Assembly: GCA_963845755.1 (NCBI GenBank)
Contig: CAWJTV010000005.1
Location: 448,001-512,000 of the forward strand
Direction of reading: 5' to 3'
From: an uncultured Planctomycetota bacterium
Lineage (GTDB): Bacteria; Planctomycetota; Planctomycetia; Isosphaerales; Isosphaeraceae
Length of the DNA: 64,000 bases
Below the pieces are notes generated by a model. That model saw only the letters and a list, made by a program, of their open reading frames with translations. It was not told where the DNA came from and ran no database searches. The translations under genes were made by a program, and so were the position numbers. Of this stretch, positions 10,067 to 22,900 are shown one piece after another. The stretch's first letter is position 1. Each line of letters begins with the position of its first letter.

Positions 10067-13000
10067 ATGAGCCGCACCGGATCGGATCGTCCTCACATCT
10101 TGCGAAGACGTTTGCGACGGCGCTGCCGGGCGCGGTTGGAGTGGCTGGAGGAGCGGTTGTTGCTCTCTACGGTCGACTGGACCAACCCGGCGGGCGGCGA
10201 TTGGGACGTCCCGGCGAACTGGAGTACGGGCAAGGTCCCCGGCGCCTCCGACGATGTCGTCATCGATATCCCCAGGATCACGATCACGCATTCGAGTTCC
10301 GCGTCCGACGCCATCGATAGCCTGACGAGCCAGGATGCTCTCGCGATCACCGCGGGGTCACTGTCCCTCGCGAGCACATCGGTGATCCAGAATGATCTGC
10401 ACCTCCAGGGAGGCACCCTGACCGGCAGCGGTTCGATCACCGTCACGGGCCTGCTGACCTGGGCCGGCGGGACGCTCGGTGGTACGGGCACGGCCACGGC
10501 GCAGGGGGGCCTGACCCTCGGCGGGGGGGCTCACGTCCTCGACGGCCGCACGCTGATCAACCCGGGCGCCGCCACCTGGACGGCCGGGACGCTGTACCTC
10601 TCCGACGGCGCCGTGCTGGAGAATACCGGGACGCTCGACGACCAGGCCGGGGCCTCCCTCACCTCCTACCTCGGCGAATCGCCGTCGTTCCAGAACGCCG
10701 GCACCTTCCGGGTCGAGGCTACTGGTACGACATCGCTGATCCTGCCCGTCACCAATACGGGCACGATCGACGTTGGGGGCGGCGTGCTGGCCCTCTCCGG
10801 CGGCGGGGAGCTGGGCGGGACCGTCGCGGGCGCCGCCGGTACCGAGTTCCGGTTCGACTCCGGCTACTTCCTCGTGCCGGCCGGCGCCGTCCTGTCGGTC
10901 CCCACCGTGAACTTCGCCGGCGCCAGCGTCAGTGTGCAGGGGACGGATGCCGCCGCGTCCACGGTTGTCGGCAACGGGACGGTCAGCTTCGGCTCCGCCG
11001 CGACCCTCGACAGCCTGAAGGTCGCGGGCGGAACCCTGCAGACCGGCGACCTGACGGTGACCGGGATGCTGACCTGGACGGGCGGGACGATGGTGGGAGC
11101 GGGGACAACGACGGCGCAGGGGGGCCTGGCACTGGGCGGGGGCAGCCATGTCCTCGACGGCCGCACGCTGATCAACCCGGGCGCCGCCACCTGGACGGCC
11201 GGGACGCTGTACCTCTCCGACGGCGCCGTGCTGGAGAATACCGGGACGCTCGACGACCAGGCCGGGGCCGACATGGTCGCGTACCTCGGCGCGGCGCCCT
11301 CGTTGGTCAACTCCGGCCTCTTCCAGGTGGAGGCCGGCAGCGGCACCTACCTCAGCCTGCCCGTGACCAACACCGGCACGATCGACCTCGTCACGGGGCG
11401 CTCGCGGCTCGAGGACGGGCTGTCGAACCTCGCCGCGGACACATTGACGGGCGGCACCTACCAGATCGCCGGGAGGCTGCTCCTCCCTGAGGCCGACATC
11501 CGCACCAACGCGGCCGACATCATCCTCGACGGATCGGACGCGGGGATTCTCGATACATCGACAAACGGCAATGCCCTGACCTTGCTGGCCGTCAATGCCT
11601 CCGGGGCCGACCTGACGCTCCAGGACGGTCAGCACCTGGCCACGAGCAGCGCGCTCGCCAATGCCGGCGCGCTGGCGATCGATCCCGTCAGCAGCCTGAC
11701 GGTCGGCGGCGCCTACACCCAATCGGCCGGGGCGTCACTCAGCCTGGGCCTCGGCGGCACGACGCCCGGCCAGGGCTTCGGCCAGCTCACGGCGACGGGC
11801 CTGGTCACCCTCGACGGCACGCTCGACATCAACCCGGTTGCCGGCTACTTCCCCGGCGACGGCGATGAATTCGCGGTCGTGACGGGCCAGGCGCTGGCGG
11901 GCACATTCGCCACGATCGACGGCTTGCAATTGTCGACGACTCTCCAGCTGGTCCCGACCTATGGCTCGTCCAGCCTCGTGCTGGTCGCGCAGGGCGTGGC
12001 AGTCAACCATTCGCCGGTGGCCGTCGATGTCACGTCCACGACCCTGGCCAACGAGCCGGTGACCATCGCCGTCCTGGCCAACGACTCGGACCCGGACGGC
12101 GACCCTCTCTCCGTCCAGAGCGTGTCAACTTCGGGGACGGCCGGCATCGTGGCGATCAACGCCGCCCGGCAGACGGTCACCTACACGCCGGCCTCCGGCT
12201 TCGCGGGCACCGATACGTTCCGCTACACCGTCACCGACGGCCGCGGCGGCAGCGCCTCGGCCACTGTCACCGTCACCGTCCAGGCAGCCCAGCTCCAGGT
12301 GACGACATTCACCGTGCCGGCGGCCCTGCTCGTCGCCGATCCGGCCCAGGTCCCGATCACCTGGACGGTCACCAACTCGGGGGCCGCTGCCACCATCGCC
12401 GCGACGTGGACCGACCAGCTCATCCTCAGCACGAATGCCACGCTGGGAGACGCCGACGACATGGTCGTCGGCCAGTTCACCCACAGCGGGGCCCTGGGTC
12501 CGGCCGGCAGCTCGACCGACAGTTATACGGCCACGCAGACCGTCACGCTCCCGGCCCACCTGAGCGGCTCGTTCAACCTGTTCGTCGTGGTCGACGCGAC
12601 GCACGCCGTGACCGACGAGGCCGGCACGAGCACGATCGGCGCGGGGCCGGCGCCCATCACGGTCACGGCGCCGTATGCCGGCCTGACGGTCGAGGCCGTA
12701 GGCGCGCCGGCCACCGCGGGCAGCGGCGATCCCATCATCGTGAGCTGGCGGGTGCGCAACGACGGGGTGGCCGCCACGGTCGCCGGGAGCTGGACCGACC
12801 GCGTGCTGCTCTCGGCCAGCACGAACCTCGACGCCACGGCGGTCGAGCTGGCTGACGTCCTTCATCAGGGGGACTTGACCAGCGGCGGCGCGGGCGATAG
12901 CTACACGGCCCAGGCGACCGTGACCCTCCCCAGCGGGATCGCCGGGACCTATTACCTCTTCGTGGTCGCCGACGCGAACGACCAGGTCTACGAGTACAAC

Positions 13001-16000
13001 CTGCGGGCCAGCAGCACCGGGCGCACCCTGACGCCCTTGACCATCCAGGTCAAGCCGGCGCCCGACCTGACGGTCACGAGCGTATCCGGTCCATCGGCCG
13101 GCCAGACGGGCCAGGCGATCGCGGTCCAGTGGACCGAGTCCAACCCCGCCTCGGTCGCCGCGCCGGGGCCCTGGAATGATGGAGTCTACCTCTCCACCAC
13201 TGGCACGCTCAACGGCGCGACGCTGCTGGAGACCGTGCCGCATGCCGGCAGCCTCGCGGTGGGGGCCATCGAGACCGATTCGGCCACGGTGACGCTCCCG
13301 ACCCTCCCCGACGGCGCCTATCGCCTGGTGGTCGCCGCCGATGCCGGCGACGTGGTCTACCAGGTCCACCCGGCCGACAAGGTCGGCGTCGCCGCCGGGA
13401 CCTTGCAGCTCGGCCATCCGGCGCTGAGCGCCAGCGTCGTGACGTCGCCGTCAACGGCCACGTCCGGGGACGTCGTACCGATTGCCTGGTCGGTGACGGA
13501 CTCCGGCACCGCCGCCGCCCTGGGGACCTGGACCGACCGCGTCTACCTCTCGACCAGGAACACGCTCGACGCCGGCGCCCGCTTGGTGGCCACGGTCCCG
13601 GAGAGCGGGCCCCTGGCCGCCGGCTCGTCATACATGGCCCAGGCCTCGCTGACGCTGCCGATCGACTCCTCGGGATCGCTCTACTTGCTGGTCCGCGCCG
13701 ACGCCGCCGACCTTGTCGGCCCGGCCGCCCCTGGCAAGCTCGCCGCGGCACCCGTTCAGGTCCAGATCGCCCCCTACGCCGTCCTGGTCACTTCGGCCGT
13801 CACGGCGGGCCCGTCGCCGGCCATCGGCGACCCGGCGAGCCTCACGGTCGGCTGGACCGTGACCAACCACGGGACCGGCGCGGGCACGGCCACCCAGTGG
13901 ACCGACGAAATCATCGCGTCGAAGGACGACACCCTTGGCGACGCCGACGACGTGGTGCTGGCCAGTTACCCGCACATCGGTGCGCTGCCCATCGGCGGGA
14001 GTTACTCGCAGAGCCGGACCATCCTTCTGCCGCCGGCCTTCGAGGGCCGTTACCACATCTTCGTCGAGGCCGACGGCGGCAACCAGGTCTTCGAGAACGG
14101 GCAGCGGGCGAACAAAGCCGCCGAGGCCCCGAACCCCGTCGACGTCATGCCGATCCCCTACGCCGACCTGGTCGTCTCCCAGCTCGCCGTGCCCTCGGCC
14201 GACCTGACCGGCCAGTCGCTGCACGTCGCCTGGCAGGTGACCAACCAGGGGATCGGCCCGACCAATGTGAACTCCTGGTCGGACGCGGTCTCCTTGGCCA
14301 GCGACGCCGCCGGGCAAGACATCGTCGCCCCGCTCGGCGAGTTCGAATACACCGGTGGGCTGGACAAAGGGGGAACTTACGGGGCCTCTCTCGATGCGTC
14401 GCTGCCCAACCTCGCCGCCGGCACGTATTACGTCGTCGTCCAGACCAACGCGGTTGGCGGGGGCCCGTTCGAATTCCTCTATGGCACGAACAACACGCGC
14501 GTCTCCGGCCCGGTCGTGGTGACGGTCGCCCCGGCCCCCGAGCTGGTGCCGGGCCCCGTCACTCTGCCGACCCTCCCGGTCCTCTCGGGCAGCCGGGTCA
14601 ATCTCTCCTGGACCGTCCGCAACGGCGGATCGGCGGCCGCGCCCGGCGGGTGGGACGACGTGGTCGCCCTGACCCAGGATGGCGGCAGCAAGGTCATCCC
14701 GGTCGGCACGTTCCATGACACCGACCCCCTGCCGGCCAATCAGGCGTACACGCGCACCGTGTCCTTCGCCCTTCCGCACGACATCCAGGGCATCTATCAA
14801 CTGACCGTGACGACCGGGCTGCACGCCTCGTTCGTGGAGCAAGGCCCGTCCGGCCACGACACGTACGTCAGCCCGAACACGATGGAGATCGACCTCGAGC
14901 CCCATTCCAACCTGGAGGTCACGAAGGTGATCGCTCCCACCACGGTCGCGGCCGGCGGCACCGTGGCGGTCGATTTCACCGTCGTCAACTTCGGCTCGGT
15001 GGCGACGGCCGCGTCCCACTGGACGGACGCCGTCTACCTATCTCTGACCGACACGGTCAGCGCCACCTCGGTCAAGCTGGGCGAGTACGCCAACCAGTCG
15101 GCGCTCGGTCCGGCCGGCTCGCCGGACGACAGCTATCACACCACGACCGGCCCGCTGACCATCCCCCTCACCTTCGGCGGGCCGGCTTACCTGATCGTCC
15201 AGGCCAACGCGGACCGGGCCGAGGACACGTTCCCCAACGACAGCGACAACATGTATGCCCTGCCGATCACCGTGACGCCGATCGCGCCGGCCGACCTGGT
15301 GACCGGCCAGGTCGCCGCCGCCGACCAGGCCTTCGCCGGCACGACCATCTCCGTGCAGTACACCGTCACCAACCTGGGCCTGGGCCCGACGGATATCTCC
15401 ATCTGGACCGATACGATCTGGCTGGCCCACGGCAAGGACCGGCCCGACCCGCGCAACCCGCGCGACGACATCCTGCTGGGCACGTTCATCCACCAAGGTG
15501 GGCTCGCCATCGGCGACAGCTACACCGAGAAGGTGCAGGTCACCCTGCCGTCGGGGGTCCCCTCGGGCCAGTACGACATCACGGCCTGGACCGACACCGA
15601 CCAGAACGTGGTGAAGCAGACCCGCAACGAGAACATCAACCCGGACGCCCCGACCGACATCGACGGCGACAACTTCAAGGCTCGGCCGATCACCGTGCTG
15701 GGGGGCGCCGGCTCGCCCGACCTCGCCGTGACCTCGGTCCAGCCCGACGCGCAGGCTGCGGCCGGCAACCCGATCCACGTGTCATGGACGGTGCAAAACA
15801 TCGGCTTCGGCGCGACGACCGCGCCGTGGACGGACCAGGTCTACCTCTCGAGTGCCCCCGTGCTCGGCACGCCCGGCGATCGGGAGATCCTCCTCGGCAA
15901 TGTCACCCAATCCGGTCCACTCGACTCGGGCGACAGCTATACGGAGTCCCAGACCTTCGCCACCAGCCCCGACGCGGCCGGGTTGTACGTGATCGTGAAG

Positions 16001-16960
16001 GCCAACGCGCCCAACCAGACCGACCCGATCCACGACTCCCTGGCCGCGCCGACCGACGTGACCAATGCCCCGTCGAACCTGCGGGTCAACTCGGTGCAGA
16101 CGCAGCCGACCAGCTTTTCCGGCGAGGCGATCACAGTGACCTGGAACGTGACCAACGCCGGGGCCGCGATCTGGTCCGGCACCGGCTACTGGAGGGATTA
16201 CGTCTTCCTCTCGAACGACCCGACCTTCCTGCCCGCGCGGGCGACCTTGCTCGGCACGGTGCTCCACAACAACGCGACGCCGCTCGGAGCCGGCCAGAGC
16301 TGCACCGAGAGCATGACGGCCGACCTCCCCGCCGGTATCGACGGGACCAAGTACATCTACGTCGTCCTCAACCGCAACCTCGCCGACCCTTACGACCCCC
16401 TCAGCCTCGACTACACCACCCACGTCTTCCAGGGCCCGAACGATGACCCGATGCAGCACGTCGGCTCGACGACGATCGGCGTCATCTACCGCGAGGCCGA
16501 CCTGGTGCCGTCGGGCCTGACCGCCAGCACCGCGGACCCCCACGCCGGAGACACGATTGCAGTCAACTGGTCGGTGACCAACCAGGGTACGCGCGACACC
16601 CGCACGAACTCCTGGGCCGACGGCATCTACCTCTCGAGCTCCCCATCCCTGAGCCTGAACAGCCCCCTGCTCGGCAAGGTGGCGCACACGGGCGTCCTGG
16701 CCGTGGGCGCCTCCTATCCGGGCAGCCTGAGCGTGCAGCTCCCCCAGGGAATCCAGGGCGATTTCTACCTGGTCCTCTTCACCGACAACCCGGGGACCCT
16801 GTCCTTGCCGGGCTCGGACCGTGTCAAGGAATACCGCGGCGAGGACAACAACCTCATCGCCATCCCGCTGCACGTGCAGCCGGCGCCCTGGCCGACCTGG
16901 AGGTCACCTCGGTCACCCCGCAGGTGCCGCACGTCACCGCGGGCCAGCCGTTTAAAGTGA
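10067..16960 (+). CDS. Giant protein part 1: LEPR-XLL-type N-terminus, autotransporter-like beta-helix, Ig/cadherin-like domain, CARDB-like array
   Basis: RRRLRRR..LEWLEERLLLS; TW.GGT repeats; VLANDSDPDGDPL...YTP..GF.G.D.F.YTV.DG; repeated DL.V..V...W.V.N.G...W.D.VYLS units. Confidence 0.88.
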   Translation: MSRTGSDRPHILRRRLRRRCRARLEWLEERLLLSTVDWTNPAGGDWDVPANWSTGKVPGASDDVVIDIPRITITHSSSASDAIDSLTSQDALAITAGSLSLASTSVIQNDLHLQGGTLTGSGSITVTGLLTWAGGTLGGTGTATAQGGLTLGGGAHVLDGRTLINPGAATWTAGTLYLSDGAVLENTGTLDDQAGASLTSYLGESPSFQNAGTFRVEATGTTSLILPVTNTGTIDVGGGVLALSGGGELGGTVAGAAGTEFRFDSGYFLVPAGAVLSVPTVNFAGASVSVQGTDAAASTVVGNGTVSFGSAATLDSLKVAGGTLQTGDLTVTGMLTWTGGTMVGAGTTTAQGGLALGGGSHVLDGRTLINPGAATWTAGTLYLSDGAVLENTGTLDDQAGADMVAYLGAAPSLVNSGLFQVEAGSGTYLSLPVTNTGTIDLVTGRSRLEDGLSNLAADTLTGGTYQIAGRLLLPEADIRTNAADIILDGSDAGILDTSTNGNALTLLAVNASGADLTLQDGQHLATSSALANAGALAIDPVSSLTVGGAYTQSAGASLSLGLGGTTPGQGFGQLTATGLVTLDGTLDINPVAGYFPGDGDEFAVVTGQALAGTFATIDGLQLSTTLQLVPTYGSSSLVLVAQGVAVNHSPVAVDVTSTTLANEPVTIAVLANDSDPDGDPLSVQSVSTSGTAGIVAINAARQTVTYTPASGFAGTDTFRYTVTDGRGGSASATVTVTVQAAQLQVTTFTVPAALLVADPAQVPITWTVTNSGAAATIAATWTDQLILSTNATLGDADDMVVGQFTHSGALGPAGSSTDSYTATQTVTLPAHLSGSFNLFVVVDATHAVTDEAGTSTIGAGPAPITVTAPYAGLTVEAVGAPATAGSGDPIIVSWRVRNDGVAATVAGSWTDRVLLSASTNLDATAVELADVLHQGDLTSGGAGDSYTAQATVTLPSGIAGTYYLFVVADANDQVYEYNLRASSTGRTLTPLTIQVKPAPDLTVTSVSGPSAGQTGQAIAVQWTESNPASVAAPGPWNDGVYLSTTGTLNGATLLETVPHAGSLAVGAIETDSATVTLPTLPDGAYRLVVAADAGDVVYQVHPADKVGVAAGTLQLGHPALSASVVTSPSTATSGDVVPIAWSVTDSGTAAALGTWTDRVYLSTRNTLDAGARLVATVPESGPLAAGSSYMAQASLTLPIDSSGSLYLLVRADAADLVGPAAPGKLAAAPVQVQIAPYAVLVTSAVTAGPSPAIGDPASLTVGWTVTNHGTGAGTATQWTDEIIASKDDTLGDADDVVLASYPHIGALPIGGSYSQSRTILLPPAFEGRYHIFVEADGGNQVFENGQRANKAAEAPNPVDVMPIPYADLVVSQLAVPSADLTGQSLHVAWQVTNQGIGPTNVNSWSDAVSLASDAAGQDIVAPLGEFEYTGGLDKGGTYGASLDASLPNLAAGTYYVVVQTNAVGGGPFEFLYGTNNTRVSGPVVVTVAPAPELVPGPVTLPTLPVLSGSRVNLSWTVRNGGSAAAPGGWDDVVALTQDGGSKVIPVGTFHDTDPLPANQAYTRTVSFALPHDIQGIYQLTVTTGLHASFVEQGPSGHDTYVSPNTMEIDLEPHSNLEVTKVIAPTTVAAGGTVAVDFTVVNFGSVATAASHWTDAVYLSLTDTVSATSVKLGEYANQSALGPAGSPDDSYHTTTGPLTIPLTFGGPAYLIVQANADRAEDTFPNDSDNMYALPITVTPIAPADLVTGQVAAADQAFAGTTISVQYTVTNLGLGPTDISIWTDTIWLAHGKDRPDPRNPRDDILLGTFIHQGGLAIGDSYTEKVQVTLPSGVPSGQYDITAWTDTDQNVVKQTRNENINPDAPTDIDGDNFKARPITVLGGAGSPDLAVTSVQPDAQAAAGNPIHVSWTVQNIGFGATTAPWTDQVYLSSAPVLGTPGDREILLGNVTQSGPLDSGDSYTESQTFATSPDAAGLYVIVKANAPNQTDPIHDSLAAPTDVTNAPSNLRVNSVQTQPTSFSGEAITVTWNVTNAGAAIWSGTGYWRDYVFLSNDPTFLPARATLLGTVLHNNATPLGAGQSCTESMTADLPAGIDGTKYIYVVLNRNLADPYDPLSLDYTTHVFQGPNDDPMQHVGSTTIGVIYREADLVPSGLTASTADPHAGDTIAVNWSVTNQGTRDTRTNSWADGIYLSSSPSLSLNSPLLGKVAHTGVLAVGASYPGSLSVQLPQGIQGDFYLVLFTDNPGTLSLPGSDRVKEYRGEDNNLIAIPLHVQPAPWPTWRSPRSPRRCRTSPRASRLK

Positions 16961-19900
16961 CCTGGACCGTGACCAACCAGGGCGGCGCCGATGCCACGGG
17001 GAGCTGGTATGAAGACATCTACCTGGCGAGCGACCGGCTCCTCGACCCGCAGCACGATCTCTACATGGACCGGGTGACCTATACCGGCGGCCTCAAGGCC
17101 GGGGCCAGCTACGCGGAGACGGCGACGATCACGGCACCGAGCAACGTCAACGGGCCTTACTACATCCTCGTCCAGACGGGTCCCAGCCTGGTGCCCAACC
17201 CGCCCCAGATCCTCGCGACGCTGGCGACGGTCCGCCACAGCGGGGCGAGCGTTCAGCCGGTGCTCATCGACCAGCCGCCGCCCAGCGACTTGCAAGTGGC
17301 TTCGGTCGAGATCCTGCAATCCTCCGGCCGGGCGAACGGGACGGTCACCATCCAGTGGACGGTCACCAACGACAGCGCCAACCCCGCGCAGGGAATCTGG
17401 AGCGACGCCGTCTACCTCTCGCAGAACACCTCCTGGGACTTGACCGCCATCCCGCTGGGCCACCCGCAGCACCCCGGCTCCGACCCGGCTTACGTTCTTG
17501 CGGGCGGCCAGTCGTATACCACCTCGCTGACCACGACCATCCCGCCGCTGGCGCCGGGGGACTACCGGGCCATCGTCCGCACTGACGTCTACGACGAGGT
17601 TCCCGAGGCGACCGACGAGAACAAATCCGTCGCCTCGCTCGGCACCTTCCAGATCAACGTGGACCAGCTCAGCCTGGGCGTGCCCCAGCCGGTCGACCTC
17701 GGCACGGATCAAGACCAGCTCTTCCAGGTGACCGTGGCGGCTGGCCAGACGATGAGCGTCAGCCTGAGCGGCCTGGACGACAGCGGCACGCAGGAGGTGC
17801 TGATCCGGAGCGGGGGCGTCCCCAGCGACCTGGGCTACGACGCGATCTCCCAGCCGGGCACGCAGGGGAGCGTCGCCGCGCTCGTCCCCACAACGGTCGC
17901 CGGCACCTACTACATCCTCGTCCGCGGCACGACCACCAACGTCAGCGCGCAGCCCGAGCTCCTGGCCCGGGTGCTCCCCTTCGAGATTACCAACGTGACC
18001 AGCGACGCCGGCGGCGACGGCAAGTACGTCACGACTACCATCAGCGGCGCCCAGTTCCAGCCGGGCGCCCTCGTGAAGCTGATCCGGCCGGGCTTCGCCG
18101 AATACCAGCCGGTGAATTATCAGGTCGTCAACGGCACGGAGATCATCGCCGCGTTCGACCTGACCGGCGCCCCGCACGGGCTCTACGACGTCGCGGTGAT
18201 CAACCCCGACGGCGCCGAGGCGATCGTCCCCTACCGCTACCTGGTCGAGCAAGCCATCGCGCCCGATGTGACCGTCGCCCTGGGCGGGCCTCGGGTCATC
18301 ACGGCCGGCTCGACCGTCCAGTACGGCGTCACGGTCAGCAGCGTCACCAACCTCGACACGCCCTATGTCTACTTCCAGTTCGGCATCCCGGCGCTGGGCA
18401 CCAACTCGGACGCCTTCAACTTCAGCTATGCCGATTTCGCGTCGAATCTCGGGGGCCAGCCGCCGGCGGCCGGCACCCCCGGCTCGACGCTGGCGGACGT
18501 CCCCTGGGCCAGCCTCGATTCGACTCTCGACACCAGCGGCGACGATCTGGCCCCCGGCTATGTCTTCGACCTGGAGACCGGCGGCACCGCCTCGCAGACC
18601 TTCAGCGCCGCGGTCTACCCCGGTCTGCTGGCCCTGGAGGCCGCCGGCTCCGTCGCCGCCCAGTCCGGCCCCCAGGCCGCGTTCGACCAGCTCGCCGAGG
18701 AGCTCAATAATGCCTATCCGAATGTCAATATCACCAAGGAGAGCGACCTCGACACGTACTTCCCTGGCCTCGACGCCGCCTTCCAGACGGCCCTCCAGCC
18801 GGACGGCAACCCGCTGGATGGCCTCGATCCCGATCAGGTGGCCTTCAAGTTCCAGGTCGTCGTCTCGGCGACGGTCCTGACCCGCGACGAGTTTATCCAG
18901 ATGCAGACCGCCGACGCGCTGCAACTGCGCACGGCGGTGCTGGCCGACCCGACGGCGTCGCCGGCCCTGGTGCAGCTCGCGGCCGACAGCGACACCTGGG
19001 TCCAGGGCTACCTGGCGGCCCTGGAGCAAGCGGGGCTGCTGCCGCCCGACGGCCAGGCGCCGCCGATCAACGAGGATCCCAAGGTCGTCAGCCTGGCGGC
19101 CGTCCTGGCCACCGGCGTGCTCGCCGGCCCGGCGGGCGACACGATCATCACCGACGGCAACCTCGTCGATTTCTTCAACCAGGTGCGCCAGTGGTATGGC
19201 GACAATCCGAACGATCTCGGTAGTCCCGAGTTCGACCCCAGCCAGTTCAACCTGGGCCTCTCGCACTCGACCCACACCGAGACCTTCGACGCCTTCGTGC
19301 CGTTCGCCAACGACCAGGGCGCGGCCAACCCCGACATCCCGCCCGGCGTGCAGTTGCCGCCCGATTTCAGCCGCTTCTTCCAGCCGTCGGGCACGGTCAG
19401 CCAACTGGCGACCCTCAACGGCCCGACCGGCTACGGCGCGCAGCAGTTCCTACCCGCCGGCCAGCCGTTGCCCTACACGATCTCGTTCGCGAACGACCCG
19501 CATGCGACGACGACGGTCGGCCAGGTGCAGGTCGTCACCCAGGTCGATCCCAACCTCGACCTGCGCACCTTCCAACTGGGCGACATCCAGCTCGGCGACA
19601 TTCAGATCCACATCCCGGCCGGCCGCACCAGCTTCCAGGGCGACTTCGATTTCACCCAGAGCCGGGGCTTCATCCTCCGCGTCAGCGCCGGCCTGGATGA
19701 GACCACCAGGACGGTGAGCTGGCTGTTCCAGGCGATCGACCCCAACACGGGCGAGGTCATCCAGGAATCGACCAGGGGGCTGCTGTCCCCGGATAATGCC
19801 CAGGGTGCCGGCAGTGGGTTCGTCAGCTTCGAGGTCGAGCCGCAAAGCGGCCTGGCCACCGGCACGACGATCTCGGCCCAGGGTCACGTGCAGTTCAACA

Positions 19901-22900
19901 CATCGGCCCCGATGGACACGGCCCTGCTCACCCAGGTCCTCGACGCCACGCCTCCGACGACCACCCTCACGGCGACCCCGCTCGCGCCGGGGAGCCCGAA
20001 TTACCAGGTCCAGTGGACGGCCGAGGACGATCCAGACGGCTCCGGGGTCCAGGACGTGACGGTTTACGTCGCGGAGGACGGCGGCGATTACCAGGCCTGG
20101 CTGGACCAGACGACCGAGACCTCGGCGGTCTACCAGGGTCAGCCCGGCCACACCTACCAGTTCCTGGCCCTGGCGCGCGACAACGCCGGCAACCAGGAGC
20201 AGCCGCCGCCCGATGTGCTGGGCGCGTTGATCCAGTCGAGTGCCAACCTCGGGTCGCTGCCCACCGTGCCCCAAAGCACGGCCCCCGACCTGCCCCCGCC
20301 CCCGCCGCCGTCGACCCAGCCGTCGAGCAACCCGCTGTTCCTCGAGGCCGGCAAGGACGTGCCCAGCACGCCCTCGCCGTCGCGGCCGTCCGAGTTCACC
20401 ACGGTCCTCCAGCCCTTCGAGGCCGAGTCGTTCGCCACCGGCATCACGCCCAGCGAGGCTGGCATCGGGCCGATGGCCCTGGTGGCCCTGCCGGATGGCT
20501 CCATCCTGGCCAGCGGCGGCCCGACCCGCGGTAAGCTCTGGCATTTCGACATCGAGGGCGGGGCCGCCGGCATGCCGCTGGCCGAGCTGTCCAAGCCCAT
20601 CTTCGACATGGCGCTCGACCCGGCCGGCAACCTCTGGGCGACCACCGGCGGCGGCCCGCTCGTCCAGCTCGACCCGGCGACCGGCCAGGTCATCAATGCC
20701 TTCAGCGACGGCCTGACCCAGTCCCTGGCCATCCAGCCCGGCACCGGGTTGATCTACGTCTCCTCCGGCAAGGGCATCGAGTTCTTCGACCCCAAGGCCG
20801 ATGCTTTCCAGCACTTCAGTGACGTGCGCGTCAACAGCCTGGCCTTCGCCCCGGACGGCTCCCTCTGGGCGACCACCTGGCCCGATCGCGGCGACGTGAT
20901 CCGGTTCGACCTGACGAAGTATCAACCCGGCAAGAACCCGCAGGTCATGCTCCAGTTCGACGACGACGTCGATTCGATCGCGTTCGGGCAGGACGGGACC
21001 AGCCTCGCCGGTCTGCTCTTCATCACCCACAACGAGGATGCCGCCAGCCGGGCGGCCGGCGGCCAGCCGCCGCTGGACAGCGAGCTGACCCTGGTCGACC
21101 TGGCCACGATGCAATCGGTCGCCGTGGCGACCGGCGGCACGCGAGGCGGGAGCATCCTCACCACGGCCGACGGCCGCGTCTTGATCTGCCAGTCGAGCCA
21201 GGTCAACGTGCTCAGCCCGATCGTGCCCCCGCGCGTCGCGGCGACGAACCCGCCCTCGACCGCCGTGGCAGCCCTGCCCCTCCAGGGGATCAGCATCACG
21301 TTTAACCGCGACATGCTCGACACCGACGCCAGCGACCCGCACTCGGTGCTCAACCCGGCCAACTACCAGTTGACCGGCGATGACACCGGGCCGGTACCGA
21401 TCCTCGGCGTCACCTACGACGCCGACAGCCGCACCGCCGTGTTGACCGTCAACGCGATGGCGCCGGACCACTACACGCTCCAGGTCCTCACCGGCGTGCA
21501 GAGCAGCGACGGCCTCGACCTCGCCGCGACGTATTCCACCCAGTTCACCGCCGTCGGCGACATCTCGGCCTTGACTACCTATCAGTTCAGCGACTCGCGG
21601 TCGGACCTCGGCAATCAGACGGTGTCCTACGACGTCGCCGTGACCAACATCACAGCCCGGCCGCTACTGCTGCCCCTGGTCCTCGAGCTCGACCCGGTGC
21701 AGCACTATGCCGGCGTGCCCCAGGGCAACCTGGGCGTTTCAGACACCGGCGCCTGGCTGATCGACCTGAGCCAGAGCCTGCCCGGCGGCGTGCTGGCCCC
21801 GGGGCAATCGACGGCCGGGCAGACGATCACCATCCAGGACTACGACGCGCCTCGCGTGAGCTACGGATACCGCGTGTCGGCCGTGCCGCAGCCCCTGGCC
21901 GCGCCGATCCTCGACAGTTCCTCGCCGCAAGTCGCCGTCGCCGGCCAGCCGTACCGGTACGCCGTCGCCGCCGAGGACCCGGCCGGGCAGGCGCTCAGCT
22001 ATCTGCTCGCGATGGCCCCGCCGGGGATGACGATCAACCCTTCAACCGGTCTCATCTCCTGGCTGCCCGGCGCGGGCAGCCCGGCCCGGGCGCAGGTGGT
22101 ACTCCAGGTCTACAACGCCCCGGGCCGCCCACGTCACGCAGGCGTTCACCATCCAGGTCGCCGGCGTGGACCTGCCGCCGGCCTTCGACGTCCTGCCCCA
22201 GCAGGTCGAGGGCCAGGAAGGCCAGCCCTTGACGGTGGCCGTCCACGCCAACGACCCCGAGGGCGACCGGCTCGTCTACTGGGCCGACGGTCTCCCCGGC
22301 GGGGCGATCTTCGACCCCGACCGGCAGACCCTGACCTGGACGCCCGACTTCCACGCGGCCGGCACGTATACGATCACCTTCACGGTCAGCGACGGCCTGC
22401 ACCAGGTGAGTGGCCGGACCACCTTGCTGATCGCCCGCGGGAACGCGCCGCCGACGCTGGTCCGGCCCGCCGACGTCACGGTCGGCCAGGGCGACCCGGT
22501 GCGGATCCCGCTCCAGGCCAGCACGCACCGACGGCGACACACTCACTTTCTCCAGCCCGAACCTGCCCGAGGGTGCGTTCTTGAACCCGGCGACCGGCCT
22601 GTTCACCTGGACGCCGGGCTTCGCCCAGCAGGGGACGTTCGCCGTGCCGATCGCCGTCAACGACGGCACGACCACGGTGTCGCAGACGATGGACATCACC
22701 GTGCTCCACGTCGACGCGCCCCCGGAGTTCGCCCAGCTCGGCACGGTCCAGGTCGAGGAGGGCCAGGCGGTGCGCTTCAGCACGTTTGCCTTCGACCCGC
22801 ACAACCCCGGCTTCATCCCCCAGGAGCGCGAGAGCGACGGCTCGCTGACCCCGCTCGAGGGGGGCGCCCCACCGTCAGCTACAGCGCCACCGGCGTGCCC

